Source of the DNA: Solirubrobacteraceae bacterium
GTDB taxonomy: Bacteria; Actinomycetota; Thermoleophilia; Solirubrobacterales; Solirubrobacteraceae
Length of the DNA: 64,000 bases
NCBI GenBank assembly: GCA_017744415.1
Contig: JAGIBJ010000139.1
Span: 15,023-79,022 of the forward strand
Reading direction: 5' to 3'
Each line of letters starts with the position of its first letter. Position 1 is the first letter of the stretch. A program made the translations under genes and the position numbers. The notes under the pieces were generated by a model. That model did no database searches. It was not told the DNA's origin and was given only the letters and a program-made list of their open reading frames with translations. This document shows, in pieces, positions 1-8,539 of the stretch.

Positions 1-345
1 GGGATCGCGGTGCGCGTCGACCGCCCGAGCCAGGCGGTGCCGCCGGCCGGGGAGGAGGCGCTCGGGTTCGTCGTCCGCGAGGGCGTGACGAACGTGCTGC
101 GCCATGCGCGCGCCCGCAGCTGCGCGATCACCGTCGGCCACGCCGGCGATGCGATCGTCCTCGAGGTCGCCGATGACGGCGCCGGCTCCGGCCGGACGCT
201 CCACATCATCGATCCCGAGGCCGAGCCCGAGCTCGCGGGCAACGGCCTGCGCGGGCTCGCCGAGCGGGTGGCCGCCGCCGGTGGCCGGCTCAGCGCGGGC
301 GACCGCGACGGCCGCTTCGTGCTGCGTGCCGAGGTGGCCGCGTGA
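1..345 (+). CDS. Sensor histidine kinase, C-terminal fragment (HATPase_c, DesK/LiaS-like); 5' end lies outside the window
   Basis: The in-frame ORF runs to the window edge. It carries ATP-binding-domain-like sequence (GFVVREGVTNVLRHA, GNGLRGLAERV). Its stop overlaps the GTG of the downstream NarL-type regulator (GTGA). Confidence 0.75.
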   Translation, partial: GIAVRVDRPSQAVPPAGEEALGFVVREGVTNVLRHARARSCAITVGHAGDAIVLEVADDGAGSGRTLHIIDPEAEPELAGNGLRGLAERVAAAGGRLSAGDRDGRFVLRAEVAA

Positions 346-947
346 TCCGCCTCCTGCTGGCGGAGGACCAGGGCATGGTGCGCGGCGCCCTCGCTGCCCT
401 GCTCGAGCTGGAGGACGACCTCGAAGTGGTCGCGCAGGTGGCCCGCGGCGATGAGATCGTCGACGCCGTGCTCGAGCACCGGCCCGACGTGGCCCTGCTC
501 GACATCGAGCTGCCCGGGCTCGACGGCATCGCCGCCGCGGCCGAAGTGCGTCGGCGCGCCGCGCAGACGCGCGTGCTGATGCTCACCACCTTCGGGCGCC
601 CCGGCTACCTGCGGCGCGCCATGGAGGCCGGAGCCTCCGGCTTCCTCGTGAAAGACGGCCCCGCCGACGAGCTCGCGGCCGCGATCCGCCGGGTGGTTGG
701 CGGCGAGCGCATCGTCGATCCCGCCCTGGCCGCCAGCGCGCTCACCGCGGGCGAGAACCCGCTCACGGGCCGCGAGCGCGACGTGCTCCGGGCGGCCCGC
801 CACGGCGCCACCGTCACGGCGATCGCGAACGAACTGCACCTCAGCGAGGGCACGGTGCGCAACTACCTCTCCTCCTCGATCGGCAAGACCGACGCGGCGA
901 ACCGCATCGAGGCCGCCCGCCGCGCCGACGACCTCGGCTGGCTGTAG
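342..947 (+). CDS. Response regulator, NarL/LuxR family
   Basis: It has a REC domain (LLAEDQGMVRGAL...DVALLDIELPGLDG) and a C-terminal LuxR-type HTH (LTGRERDVL...LHLSEGTVRNYLSS). Confidence 0.9.
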   Translation: MIRLLLAEDQGMVRGALAALLELEDDLEVVAQVARGDEIVDAVLEHRPDVALLDIELPGLDGIAAAAEVRRRAAQTRVLMLTTFGRPGYLRRAMEAGASGFLVKDGPADELAAAIRRVVGGERIVDPALAASALTAGENPLTGRERDVLRAARHGATVTAIANELHLSEGTVRNYLSSSIGKTDAANRIEAARRADDLGWL

Positions 948-1098
948 TCGGGCGATCCCGCGCCGCTGCACTGCGTCTGCACGGACCACGCGGCGGTCTG
1001 CATCCCCTGGTGATCAACGGTGGGCAGCCGCCCGACGGTCGGTCACGCGAGCAGGAGCAACCCGTCCTGGCGATCGAGGAGACGGCGGCCGAGCGTTC

Positions 1099-1689
1099 TC
1101 AGTCGGGTCGCGAATGCGTTCCGCGGTTGGCAAGGCCGTCGACGAAGAGGTCGAGCAGGCGCTGGCCGATGCCTGGGTCCGCAGGCGAGCGCTGGGCGAT
1201 GAGACCGACTGCGGCCAACGCCATCATCACGTCGTTTGGCTGCACGTCTGAGCGAAGGGTGCCGTCTCGCTCACCCGCGGCGAGCAGCAGCGTGATCGCG
1301 TCCAGGACCATCGATCGCGTGGCCGTGCCGAGACCTTCGCGAGGCGCCAGGATGCCGGGGAGCGCTTCGATCATCGCGTGCTTCACCCGTGTGACGGTCA
1401 AGAACTGCAGCCCCCAGCGTCGCAGCCCCTCAGCGGCTCCGTAGTCGCGCAGCAGCGGCTCGGCCGCCTCGCAGAGCATGGCGACCTCGGAGCGGAAGGT
1501 GGCCTCGACGAGGTCGTCCCGGGTTGGGAACCGGCGGTAGAGGGTGCCGATGCCGACACCGGCATCCTGCGCGATCGCCTTGAGCGACGCCGACGCCCCG
1601 TCCTTCGCGAACGCTGCGGCCGCAGCGCGAAGCAGGCGGTCGTGGTTCTCCTGCGCATCAGATCTGAGGTTTGAACGGTCGTGGGTCAT
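1099..1689 (-). CDS. TetR family transcriptional regulator
   Basis: N-terminal TetR HTH (KDGASASLKAIAQDAGVGIGTLYRRFPTRDDL). It is divergent from an aldo/keto reductase gene. Confidence 0.9.
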   Translation of the reverse strand: MTHDRSNLRSDAQENHDRLLRAAAAAFAKDGASASLKAIAQDAGVGIGTLYRRFPTRDDLVEATFRSEVAMLCEAAEPLLRDYGAAEGLRRWGLQFLTVTRVKHAMIEALPGILAPREGLGTATRSMVLDAITLLLAAGERDGTLRSDVQPNDVMMALAAVGLIAQRSPADPGIGQRLLDLFVDGLANRGTHSRPD

Positions 1690-1695
1690 GGCGAA

Positions 1696-1715
1696 AAGCG
1701 GAGTCGACTCCGCTT
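1696..1715. promoter_or_regulatory. Perfect 20-nt palindrome AAGCGGAGTCGACTCCGCTT, candidate TetR operator
   Basis: It lies 7 nt upstream of the TetR start in the TetR/AKR divergent intergenic region. A degenerate second copy (AAGCGGACGCGGCTCCGTT) lies at about 1730-1748. Confidence 0.5.
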
Positions 1716-1789
1716 AGCTGCTACCGTCTAAGCGGACGCGGCTCCGTTTGATGACGATACAGGGCCGAGACTCGGAGGAGACGTTCACC

Positions 1790-2812
1790 ATGCAGTACCG
1801 CACGCTCGGGCAGACCGGCATCAAGGTGAGCCCGTATGGGCTGGGCGCACTGATGTTTGCCACCCGGATCGGCAACCCGGATCCGAAGGACTCCGCCCGC
1901 ATCCTGCACAAAGCGCTCGATGCTGGGATCAACCTCGTCGACACCGCCGACGCCTACGAGGACTCCGAGGAGGTCGTCGGTCGTGCGCTGGCCGGCCGCC
2001 GCGACCATGTCGTGCTCGCCACCAAGGTGGGCTTGCCGGTCGGAACGGACCCCAACGAGCGAGGTGCCTCCCGCCGGTGGATCACGACGGCGGTCGATGG
2101 TTCGCTGCGTCGGCTGCAGACCGACTACATCGACATCTACCAGCTGCAGCGCCCCGATCCCGACACCGACATGGAGGAGACGCTCTCCGTCATGACCGAC
2201 CTCGTTCGCAGCGGCAAGATCCGCGCGTTCGGCACCTCGATGCTCCCGGCGGCGAACATCGTGCAGACGCACTGGATCGCCGAACGGCGCGCGTTGCTGC
2301 GCCCGCGAACCGAGCAGCCGGCGTACTCGATCCTGAACCGCGGCATCGAGCGTGAGCTCCTCCCGATCGCTCAGCAATACGGGATGGGGATCCTCGTGTG
2401 GGGTCCGCTCGCACAGGGAATGCTCACGGGCCGGGTGCGGCGCGGTCAAAACACCGACGTCATCCGCTCGAGGTTCAACGCGGTGTTCGGCGACCAAACA
2501 CGGCTGGACGCCGTCGAGCGGCTGGTCTTGCTGGCCGACGAGGCCGGTCTTCCGCTGACTCACCTCGCGATGGCGTTTGCCACCGCACACCCAGGCGTGA
2601 CGAGTGCGCTGCTCGGCGCCCGCACCATGGTGCACCTTGACGATCTCCTGAACGGGATCGACACCGTCCTCAGCGATGACGTGCTGGACCGGATCGACGA
2701 GATCGTTGCGCCCGGCACCGAAGCCGGAGCGCTCGACCAGGCGTACATGCCGCCCGCACTGACGCACACCGCCCTCCGGCGGCGACCGCTGGACGAACGC
2801 GCTGCCGCTTGA
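1790..2812 (+). CDS. Aldo/keto reductase
   Basis: AKR-like sequence (MQYRTLGQTGIKVSPYGLGA...DTADAYEDSEEVVG...IDIYQLQRPD). I preferred the ATG at 1790 over the track start at 1748. Confidence 0.9.
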   Translation: MQYRTLGQTGIKVSPYGLGALMFATRIGNPDPKDSARILHKALDAGINLVDTADAYEDSEEVVGRALAGRRDHVVLATKVGLPVGTDPNERGASRRWITTAVDGSLRRLQTDYIDIYQLQRPDPDTDMEETLSVMTDLVRSGKIRAFGTSMLPAANIVQTHWIAERRALLRPRTEQPAYSILNRGIERELLPIAQQYGMGILVWGPLAQGMLTGRVRRGQNTDVIRSRFNAVFGDQTRLDAVERLVLLADEAGLPLTHLAMAFATAHPGVTSALLGARTMVHLDDLLNGIDTVLSDDVLDRIDEIVAPGTEAGALDQAYMPPALTHTALRRRPLDERAAA

Positions 2813-2932
2813 TTTAACGACGAGCCACGCGGCATGGATGGTTCGCGACGGTTGGTGTGGCCGTCTTGGGCCCCGAGGGCTGAGGCGCTCTCGCGGAGTG
2901 TCTCCTCGAGCGCGTTGAGTGAACCCCGCCCG

Positions 2933-3967
2933 CTAGGCCGCGACGACCCGGGGCACGCGCTCGAGCTCGGTCGCCACCCGGGCGGCCGTGGAGCGCAGCA
3001 GGCGCAGCTCGTCGCCCGACCAAGCGTGGCGCCCGGTGCGTGTGGCGCAGATGGTGCCGACGATGTGCCCGCCCTGGCTCACGAGCGGAACGCTGGCGCA
3101 GGCGCCGACGCGGCCGGTGGCGACGAGGCGGTGGTCGTGGAGCGCGGGGTGACGGGCCGCGTCGGTGGCGACGAGTGGCCGCCCCGTGACGACGCACTGG
3201 TGGGCGAGGCTCTCCTCGGCGGGGGTGCTGGCGCGCGCCGCGGGGCCGTCGACGCCGAACGCGCCGATCACGTGCTCGAACCGATCGTCGACGAGTGAGA
3301 TGGTGACCATTGGCTCTTGCAGGAGCCAACCGAGGCTCGAGGCCGCGCGGTCGAAGGTGCCGGCGACGCGGGCGCCGGTCACGTCGGTCGCCGCGACGGC
3401 CGCGAGGCGGGCGGGGTCGCGGAGCACGTCGCCGCCTTGGAGCTGCGGCGCGGCATCGAGCGCGTCGCCAGCTCGGGCGAGGAGCTGGCGACCGCTCTCA
3501 TGGCGGTCCCAGGTGGCCGCGCCGACGGCGCAGACGGCACCCGGAGGTGTGGCATCGCGCAGGCGGTCGACGACGCGCGAGGCCGAGCTGAGCGGGCAGT
3601 CCGGCAGGAGCACGGCGAAGCGATCGTCGGCGACCCGCGCAAGGCGGTCGGCGGGGCGCAAGGCCTCTTGCCAGTTCACGACGGCGAGCACGATCCGGCG
3701 GCGCAGCTCGTGTGGCTCGGTGGAGCCGCCGACGGGCACCAGCGCGAGGCGGAGCACGGTGACGTCGGGTTCGCCGCGACGGAGCACGCGGCCGAGCTCG
3801 CGCTCGAAGTCGGCGAGCACCGGAACGCCCGTCAGCGGATCCGGAGTGATCTCGTCCCAGGTGCTTCCCCGCGCAGGTGCCGCGACGGCCCTCGCATGTC
3901 GGCGCCGCAGCAATGACGGCAGTGGGCCGGACGGCGACGTGGGGTGCAGCGAGTGGCGTCGGGGCAT
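2933..3967 (-). CDS. GGDEF-like (degenerate) plus GAF domain signalling protein
   Basis: The central domain resembles a diguanylate cyclase, but the GGDEF position reads ADDRF (RVADDRFAVLLPD). The C-terminus is GAF-like (GACASVPLVSQGGHIVGTICA). The start was moved to the ATG at 3967 because the longer ORF overlaps the dacB-like gene. Confidence 0.7.
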   Translation of the reverse strand: MPRRHSLHPTSPSGPLPSLLRRRHARAVAAPARGSTWDEITPDPLTGVPVLADFERELGRVLRRGEPDVTVLRLALVPVGGSTEPHELRRRIVLAVVNWQEALRPADRLARVADDRFAVLLPDCPLSSASRVVDRLRDATPPGAVCAVGAATWDRHESGRQLLARAGDALDAAPQLQGGDVLRDPARLAAVAATDVTGARVAGTFDRAASSLGWLLQEPMVTISLVDDRFEHVIGAFGVDGPAARASTPAEESLAHQCVVTGRPLVATDAARHPALHDHRLVATGRVGACASVPLVSQGGHIVGTICATRTGRHAWSGDELRLLRSTAARVATELERVPRVVAA

Positions 3968-4110
3968 GGACGAGGGAAGTGCGGGGCGGGCGAAACCCCG
4001 GCGCCTACCTTCAACCGTCGCGCCGCGCCTCGGTAGGGATGTGGACACCCTGGCATGGCGCCTTCCCGCAACGTGCGGGTTTTTCGTGCCAGGCGACGCT
4101 GATTGGCGGT

Positions 4111-5493
4111 TCAGCGTGCGAGCGCGCCGCCGCCGGCGGCCGGCGAGGTGCCCGCGGGCGTGGTGGAGGTCGGCCCGTTGCTCGGCGACGGCACCGGCGT
4201 GACGAGATCCGCGACAGGCTTGTCGCTCCAACCGGCGATGGTTGCGGCGATCGCGTCCTGCCGCGAGCGGGCGGTCGCCACGTTCACCTTGTTCTGCAGG
4301 ATCGCGAAGGCCACGTTGCGGCCGCCCATCGTCGTGCACCATCCCGCGAGGGCTGAGACGTTCGAGAGCGTGCCCGTCTTCGCGCGGCAGCGGCCCGAGG
4401 CGGCGGTCCCACGCATGCGGCTCGCGAGCGTGCCGGTGGCGCCGGCGAGCGCGAGGCTCGCGCGGAACTGGCCTCCCTCGGTTCGGCTCGCCATCTGGTC
4501 GAGGAGCCGGACGATGCTCGAGGGCGCGACGCGGTTGCCACGGGCGAGCCCGGAGCCGTCGACCAGCCGGGCGTTCACGCCGAGCGTTCGCAGGTGGGCG
4601 CGCTCGACGGCGAGGCCGGCCGCGGTGGTGCCGCCGGCACCGTGTCTCGCTCCGACGCCGCGGAGCAGCTCCTCGGCGTAGAAGTTGTCGGAGGGCTGGT
4701 TCGTCGCACTGATCAGCTGGAAGATCGTCGGCGACTTCACCGTACCCAGCAGCGTCGAGCCCGTGCTCGTGCGAAGTGCGCTGCCGAACGTCACGTTGCC
4801 CTTGAGGCCGCCGGCCTTCAGCGCGTCGCGCAGCCGCACGAGCACCTGACGCGACGGATCGGTGACGCTTGCGGACGCGAATCCGCGCGCGACGACCAGC
4901 GCGCCGAGGCGCCCGCCGATCTCACCGTTGTAGCGGCCGCGGGTGAGCGGCGTGCCCTGCTGCGTCGTCCAGGTGCCGAGGTCGGCGCGCAGCGTGCCGG
5001 CGATTCGCACGATCCCCGCGTCCTTGGCAGCCTCGGCGAGCGCGTCGACGCCGGCCGTCGAGAACGACGGGTCGCCCGCCCCCTTCACGATCAGGTCGCC
5101 CTGGAGCACACCGTCGGCGTCGATCTCGCCGCTCGCGCGGAGCTCCGTGGCCAGCGTGGCCGTCGGGCCGTCCTGCAGCAGCGCGGTGCTCGTCGTGAAG
5201 AGCTTCGTGACCGAGGCCGGGATGCGGCGGGTGCTCGGCGTCCGCGATCCGAGGACCGTCTGCGTGGCGGCCTCACGGATAAAGACGCTGGTGCTGCCCG
5301 GGAGCGCCGCGACCTGCGACTTCAAGCGGGCCTTGGTCTGGGCGAGCGTCGCAGCATCGGCCGTGCCGAGCGGCAGCACGACGGCTGAGCAGGAGGCGGC
5401 GATGAGCCCGGCCGCGAGACGCGGATGAGACCGGTGTCGCGCCGCCGCGCGGCAGCGCGCGTCGAGAGCAAGCGTGGGACGCACCCGGCGCAA
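4111..5493 (-). CDS. dacB: D-alanyl-D-alanine carboxypeptidase/endopeptidase (PBP4, peptidase S13)
   Basis: It has an SxxK motif (SVTKLF), DGSGL, KTGTL and an N-terminal signal-like segment. Confidence 0.85.
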   Translation of the reverse strand: MRRVRPTLALDARCRAAARHRSHPRLAAGLIAASCSAVVLPLGTADAATLAQTKARLKSQVAALPGSTSVFIREAATQTVLGSRTPSTRRIPASVTKLFTTSTALLQDGPTATLATELRASGEIDADGVLQGDLIVKGAGDPSFSTAGVDALAEAAKDAGIVRIAGTLRADLGTWTTQQGTPLTRGRYNGEIGGRLGALVVARGFASASVTDPSRQVLVRLRDALKAGGLKGNVTFGSALRTSTGSTLLGTVKSPTIFQLISATNQPSDNFYAEELLRGVGARHGAGGTTAAGLAVERAHLRTLGVNARLVDGSGLARGNRVAPSSIVRLLDQMASRTEGGQFRASLALAGATGTLASRMRGTAASGRCRAKTGTLSNVSALAGWCTTMGGRNVAFAILQNKVNVATARSRQDAIAATIAGWSDKPVADLVTPVPSPSNGPTSTTPAGTSPAAGGGALAR

Positions 5494-5536
5494 CCTACCG
5501 GCCGGGCCGGAGGGGCGACCCCAGCTCGGCGCGGAC

Positions 5537-6043
5537 TCACTCGCGCGCGGCGAGCTGCTTCCAGAACCGCAGGAACTCCCGCTCCTGACCGATTCCGAGC
5601 TCGAGCGCGAGGCGCTGACCCGGCTGAAGGGCGTCGAGCTGCTCGAGCTCGAGGTACTGCGCCAGCTGCGCCTCGTGCTGGGCGACCTGCTCGGCGGCGA
5701 GTGCGGCGGGATCGCCGCCGAAGAAGAGCTTGAGGGTGGCGAGGCTGCGGATCTCGACCGGGTCGGGTGCGGGGGCCGCCCGCCACTCGGAGAGCGCCGC
5801 CTTGCCCTCCGGCGTGATCGAGAGCAGGCGCCGCCGGCGGCCCGTCGCCTCGCGCTCCTCGCTGAGGAGGCCGGCCTCGACGAGGCGATCGCACTGCGCG
5901 TAGATCTGCGTGTGCGGCAGCGCCCAGAACTTCGCCACCGAGATCTCGGCGAGGTTCTTGAGGTCGTACGGCGTGGCCGGCTCGAACTGCTCGACGAGCC
6001 CGAGCACGAGGTAGCCCGGCGTCGTCAGCTTGATCGGCGTCAT
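5537..6043 (-). CDS. PadR family transcriptional regulator
   Basis: Winged-HTH PadR-like sequence (PGYLVLGLVEQFEPATPYDLKNL...QIYAQCDRLVEAGLL). The ATG at 6043 was chosen by frame arithmetic. The longer track ORF is R/S/P-rich junk upstream. Confidence 0.85.
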   Translation of the reverse strand: MTPIKLTTPGYLVLGLVEQFEPATPYDLKNLAEISVAKFWALPHTQIYAQCDRLVEAGLLSEEREATGRRRRLLSITPEGKAALSEWRAAPAPDPVEIRSLATLKLFFGGDPAALAAEQVAQHEAQLAQYLELEQLDALQPGQRLALELGIGQEREFLRFWKQLAARE

Positions 6044-6087
6044 CGGGGTTGCAGTATGGACCAGACGCGTTATGGTGCGAAGTGTAC

Positions 6088-6102
6088 CGTTCAGAATGAA
6101 CG
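6088..6102. promoter_or_regulatory. Inverted repeat CGTTCA-GAA-TGAACG in the PadR/dioxygenase divergent intergenic region
   Basis: This is a perfect 6+6 inverted repeat in an unusually AT-rich 73-bp intergenic region, 15 nt upstream of the ATG at 6117. Confidence 0.4.
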
Positions 6103-6116
6103 ATTGAGGGAGCCTC

Positions 6117-7571
6117 ATGAGCACGACCACCCGTCCGGGAACACCGGCCGCTGCGCCCGCCGACCGCGCACGCCAGCGTCTGCGTGAGCTCGCCTTCACC
6201 TCCGCCGAGGAGATGCCCGAGGGCGCCGAGCTGCCGGTCGTCGGCGAGCTGCCCGCCTGGCTGCGCGGGCAGCTCCTGCGCAACGGACCCGGCCGCTGGG
6301 ACTTCGGCGGCACGGCGGTGCACCACTGGTTCGACGGCATGAGCCTGCTCCACAGCTTCGAGGTCGACGCCGGCCGGGTGACGTACCGCAACCGGTTCGT
6401 GGAGAGCAAGGCCTACACGGCCTTCCGCGACACCGGCAAGCTCAAGTACTCCGAGTTCGCCAGCGATCCGTGCCGCACGCGCTTTCAGCGGATCCAATCG
6501 ATGTTCCAGCCGCAGGTGACCGACAACCCGGCGATCAACGCGTTCAAGTTCGGCGAGCACTACATGGCGCTGAGCGAGACGCCCATGGCCTACGAATTCG
6601 ATCCGTCGACCCTCGAGACGCTCGGCGTGCTCTACGAGAACCCCGACATGTTCGCCACGGCGCACCCGCACGAGAGCCCTGAGGGTCACATGCTCAATCT
6701 CGCCGGCAAGTTCGGGCCGCGGTCCACTCAGACGTTCTTCTCGATGGACCCAGCCACGCTCGAGGCCAAGCGGATCGGCGGCGTGCGGCGCCAGCGGCCG
6801 ACCTACCAGCACTCATTCGGGATGACCGACCGCTGGCTGATCCTCACGGAGTTCCCGTTCAGCGTGAACCCCGTCGACATCCTCCGCACCGGCCGGCCGT
6901 TCATCGAGAACTTCAAGTGGCAGCCCGAGGCGGGCACGCGCATCGTGCTCATCGACCGCCGCACCGGCGAGCGCGGAGGGGAGTGGGAAGCCGAACCCGG
7001 CTTCTGCTTCCACCACGTGAACGCGTGGGAGGAGGGCGACGACGTGGTCCTCGACCTCTGCCGGTTCGACGACCCGTCGATCGTCGAGAACCTTGCCCTC
7101 GCCCAGCTGCGCGCGGGCGCCGACTACCCCGAGGACGGTAACGCCTACCTGCACCGCTACCGCCTGCGACCGGGGGCCCCGCGCGCTCAGGAGACTCGCC
7201 TCAGCGACGCACCCATCGAGCTGCCGCGCATCAACTACCGCCGTCACAACGGGCGCGCCTATCGCTACGTGTACGGCGTTGGCAGTGGCGCCGACGTCCC
7301 GTTCGACCGCCTCGTGAAGATCGATGCGATGTGGGGTGCCGTGCGCGAGTGGCGCGAGCCCGACGCGCTCGTCGGCGAGCCGGTGTTCGTCGCCACGCCG
7401 GGCGGCGCGGCCGAGGACGACGGCGTGCTGCTCTCGCTCGTGCTCGACGGCCGAGCCGAGCGCTCGATGTTGCTCGTGCTCGATGCCGCCGACCTCTCCG
7501 AGCTCGCCCGCGCGACCATCAGTCGGGCGGTGCCGCCTGGCTTCCACGGAAACTTCGTCCGCGCGAAGTAG
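6117..7571 (+). CDS. Carotenoid/apocarotenoid cleavage dioxygenase (RPE65/CCD family)
   Basis: CCD-like sequence across the full length (NGPGRWDFGG...HWFDGMSLLHSF, FHHVNAWEEGDD, PPGFHGNF). Confidence 0.9.
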   Translation: MSTTTRPGTPAAAPADRARQRLRELAFTSAEEMPEGAELPVVGELPAWLRGQLLRNGPGRWDFGGTAVHHWFDGMSLLHSFEVDAGRVTYRNRFVESKAYTAFRDTGKLKYSEFASDPCRTRFQRIQSMFQPQVTDNPAINAFKFGEHYMALSETPMAYEFDPSTLETLGVLYENPDMFATAHPHESPEGHMLNLAGKFGPRSTQTFFSMDPATLEAKRIGGVRRQRPTYQHSFGMTDRWLILTEFPFSVNPVDILRTGRPFIENFKWQPEAGTRIVLIDRRTGERGGEWEAEPGFCFHHVNAWEEGDDVVLDLCRFDDPSIVENLALAQLRAGADYPEDGNAYLHRYRLRPGAPRAQETRLSDAPIELPRINYRRHNGRAYRYVYGVGSGADVPFDRLVKIDAMWGAVREWREPDALVGEPVFVATPGGAAEDDGVLLSLVLDGRAERSMLLVLDAADLSELARATISRAVPPGFHGNFVRAK

Positions 7572-7767
7572 CGATCGCAGCGAGCCCAGTGCCGCGGCGG
7601 CTGGCCACGGCGCCGCCCGCGGCATCGACGCTCCGCTGAGCCGGACCGTCCGTTGCGTCGGAATCCGGTGTGAGGTGAGCCAAAGGGATTGAGCGCGCGC
7701 GTAACGCGGCCGACAGTGGGGTCGAGGCCGTCCCAAACGGTCACTCGCTTCACGTCCCAGGATCTCG

Positions 7768-8412
7768 ATGCCGCTTCGCAAGTCCCCACGCACCGCGCTC
7801 GCAGCCGCCACGCTCGCGACGCTCGCCGTCGGTGCGGCCGTCCCCGTCGGCGCCTCCGCCGCGCTCAGCTCGTCGCTGAACCTCTCGTGCACGGCGCCGG
7901 CGCTCAGCAAGCCCCTCGCGAAATGGGGCGACACCTCCGACTACTGGCTCGCCACCGGCGGTGACTTCGAGAGCAGCCTCGCCGGCTGGTCGGTCAAGAA
8001 CGCGGCGATCGCATCCGGCAACGAGACGCTCGGCGTCATCGCCGGCACGAAGTCGCTGAAGCTCGGCGTTGGCATCGGCAGCGCCGAGGCGACGACGCCG
8101 GAGTTCTGCGTCGATCCGCTGCACCCCAAGTTCCGCTTCGTCGTGAAGACGAACTCGACGGTTGCAGCGCTCAACACCTACATCAACTTCAAGACGCCGC
8201 TCGGTGTCACGCTGACGGTGCCCGCCAAGCTGAATTCGGTCGGCAGCGGCAACTGGACCCTCTCCCAGAGCCAGCCGCTCTCGACGGCCATCCCCGACGT
8301 CTTCCTGGGCACCGGCACCACGGCCTCGATCACGTTCAAGTCGGTCACCTCCACGCCCGGGGCCGCAGTGAGCGTCGACAACCTCCTCATCGACCCCTAC
8401 CGCCGCGGCTGA
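7768..8412 (+). CDS. Secreted hypothetical protein
   Basis: Signal-peptide-like N-terminus (ALAAATLATLAVGAAVPVGASA) and high GC3. I recognise no domain. Confidence 0.6.
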   Translation: MPLRKSPRTALAAATLATLAVGAAVPVGASAALSSSLNLSCTAPALSKPLAKWGDTSDYWLATGGDFESSLAGWSVKNAAIASGNETLGVIAGTKSLKLGVGIGSAEATTPEFCVDPLHPKFRFVVKTNSTVAALNTYINFKTPLGVTLTVPAKLNSVGSGNWTLSQSQPLSTAIPDVFLGTGTTASITFKSVTSTPGAAVSVDNLLIDPYRRG

Positions 8413-8480
8413 GCCCAGCCGCGCCCATCCGGTGGGCGCCCGAGCCGTCTTCTTCGGGTGCCCGCCCCTCTGAGCGGGCA

Positions 8481-8509
8481 GCCCGGCTCCGCGCGCTGCG
8501 GAGCCGGGC
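8481..8509. terminator. GC-rich hairpin (12-bp stem) between convergent genes
   Basis: GCCCGGCTCCGC-gcgct-GCGGAGCCGGGC. Confidence 0.5.
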
Positions 8510-8539
8510 GCGCCGTCCCTCGGAAGTCGCAGGCTGAGG

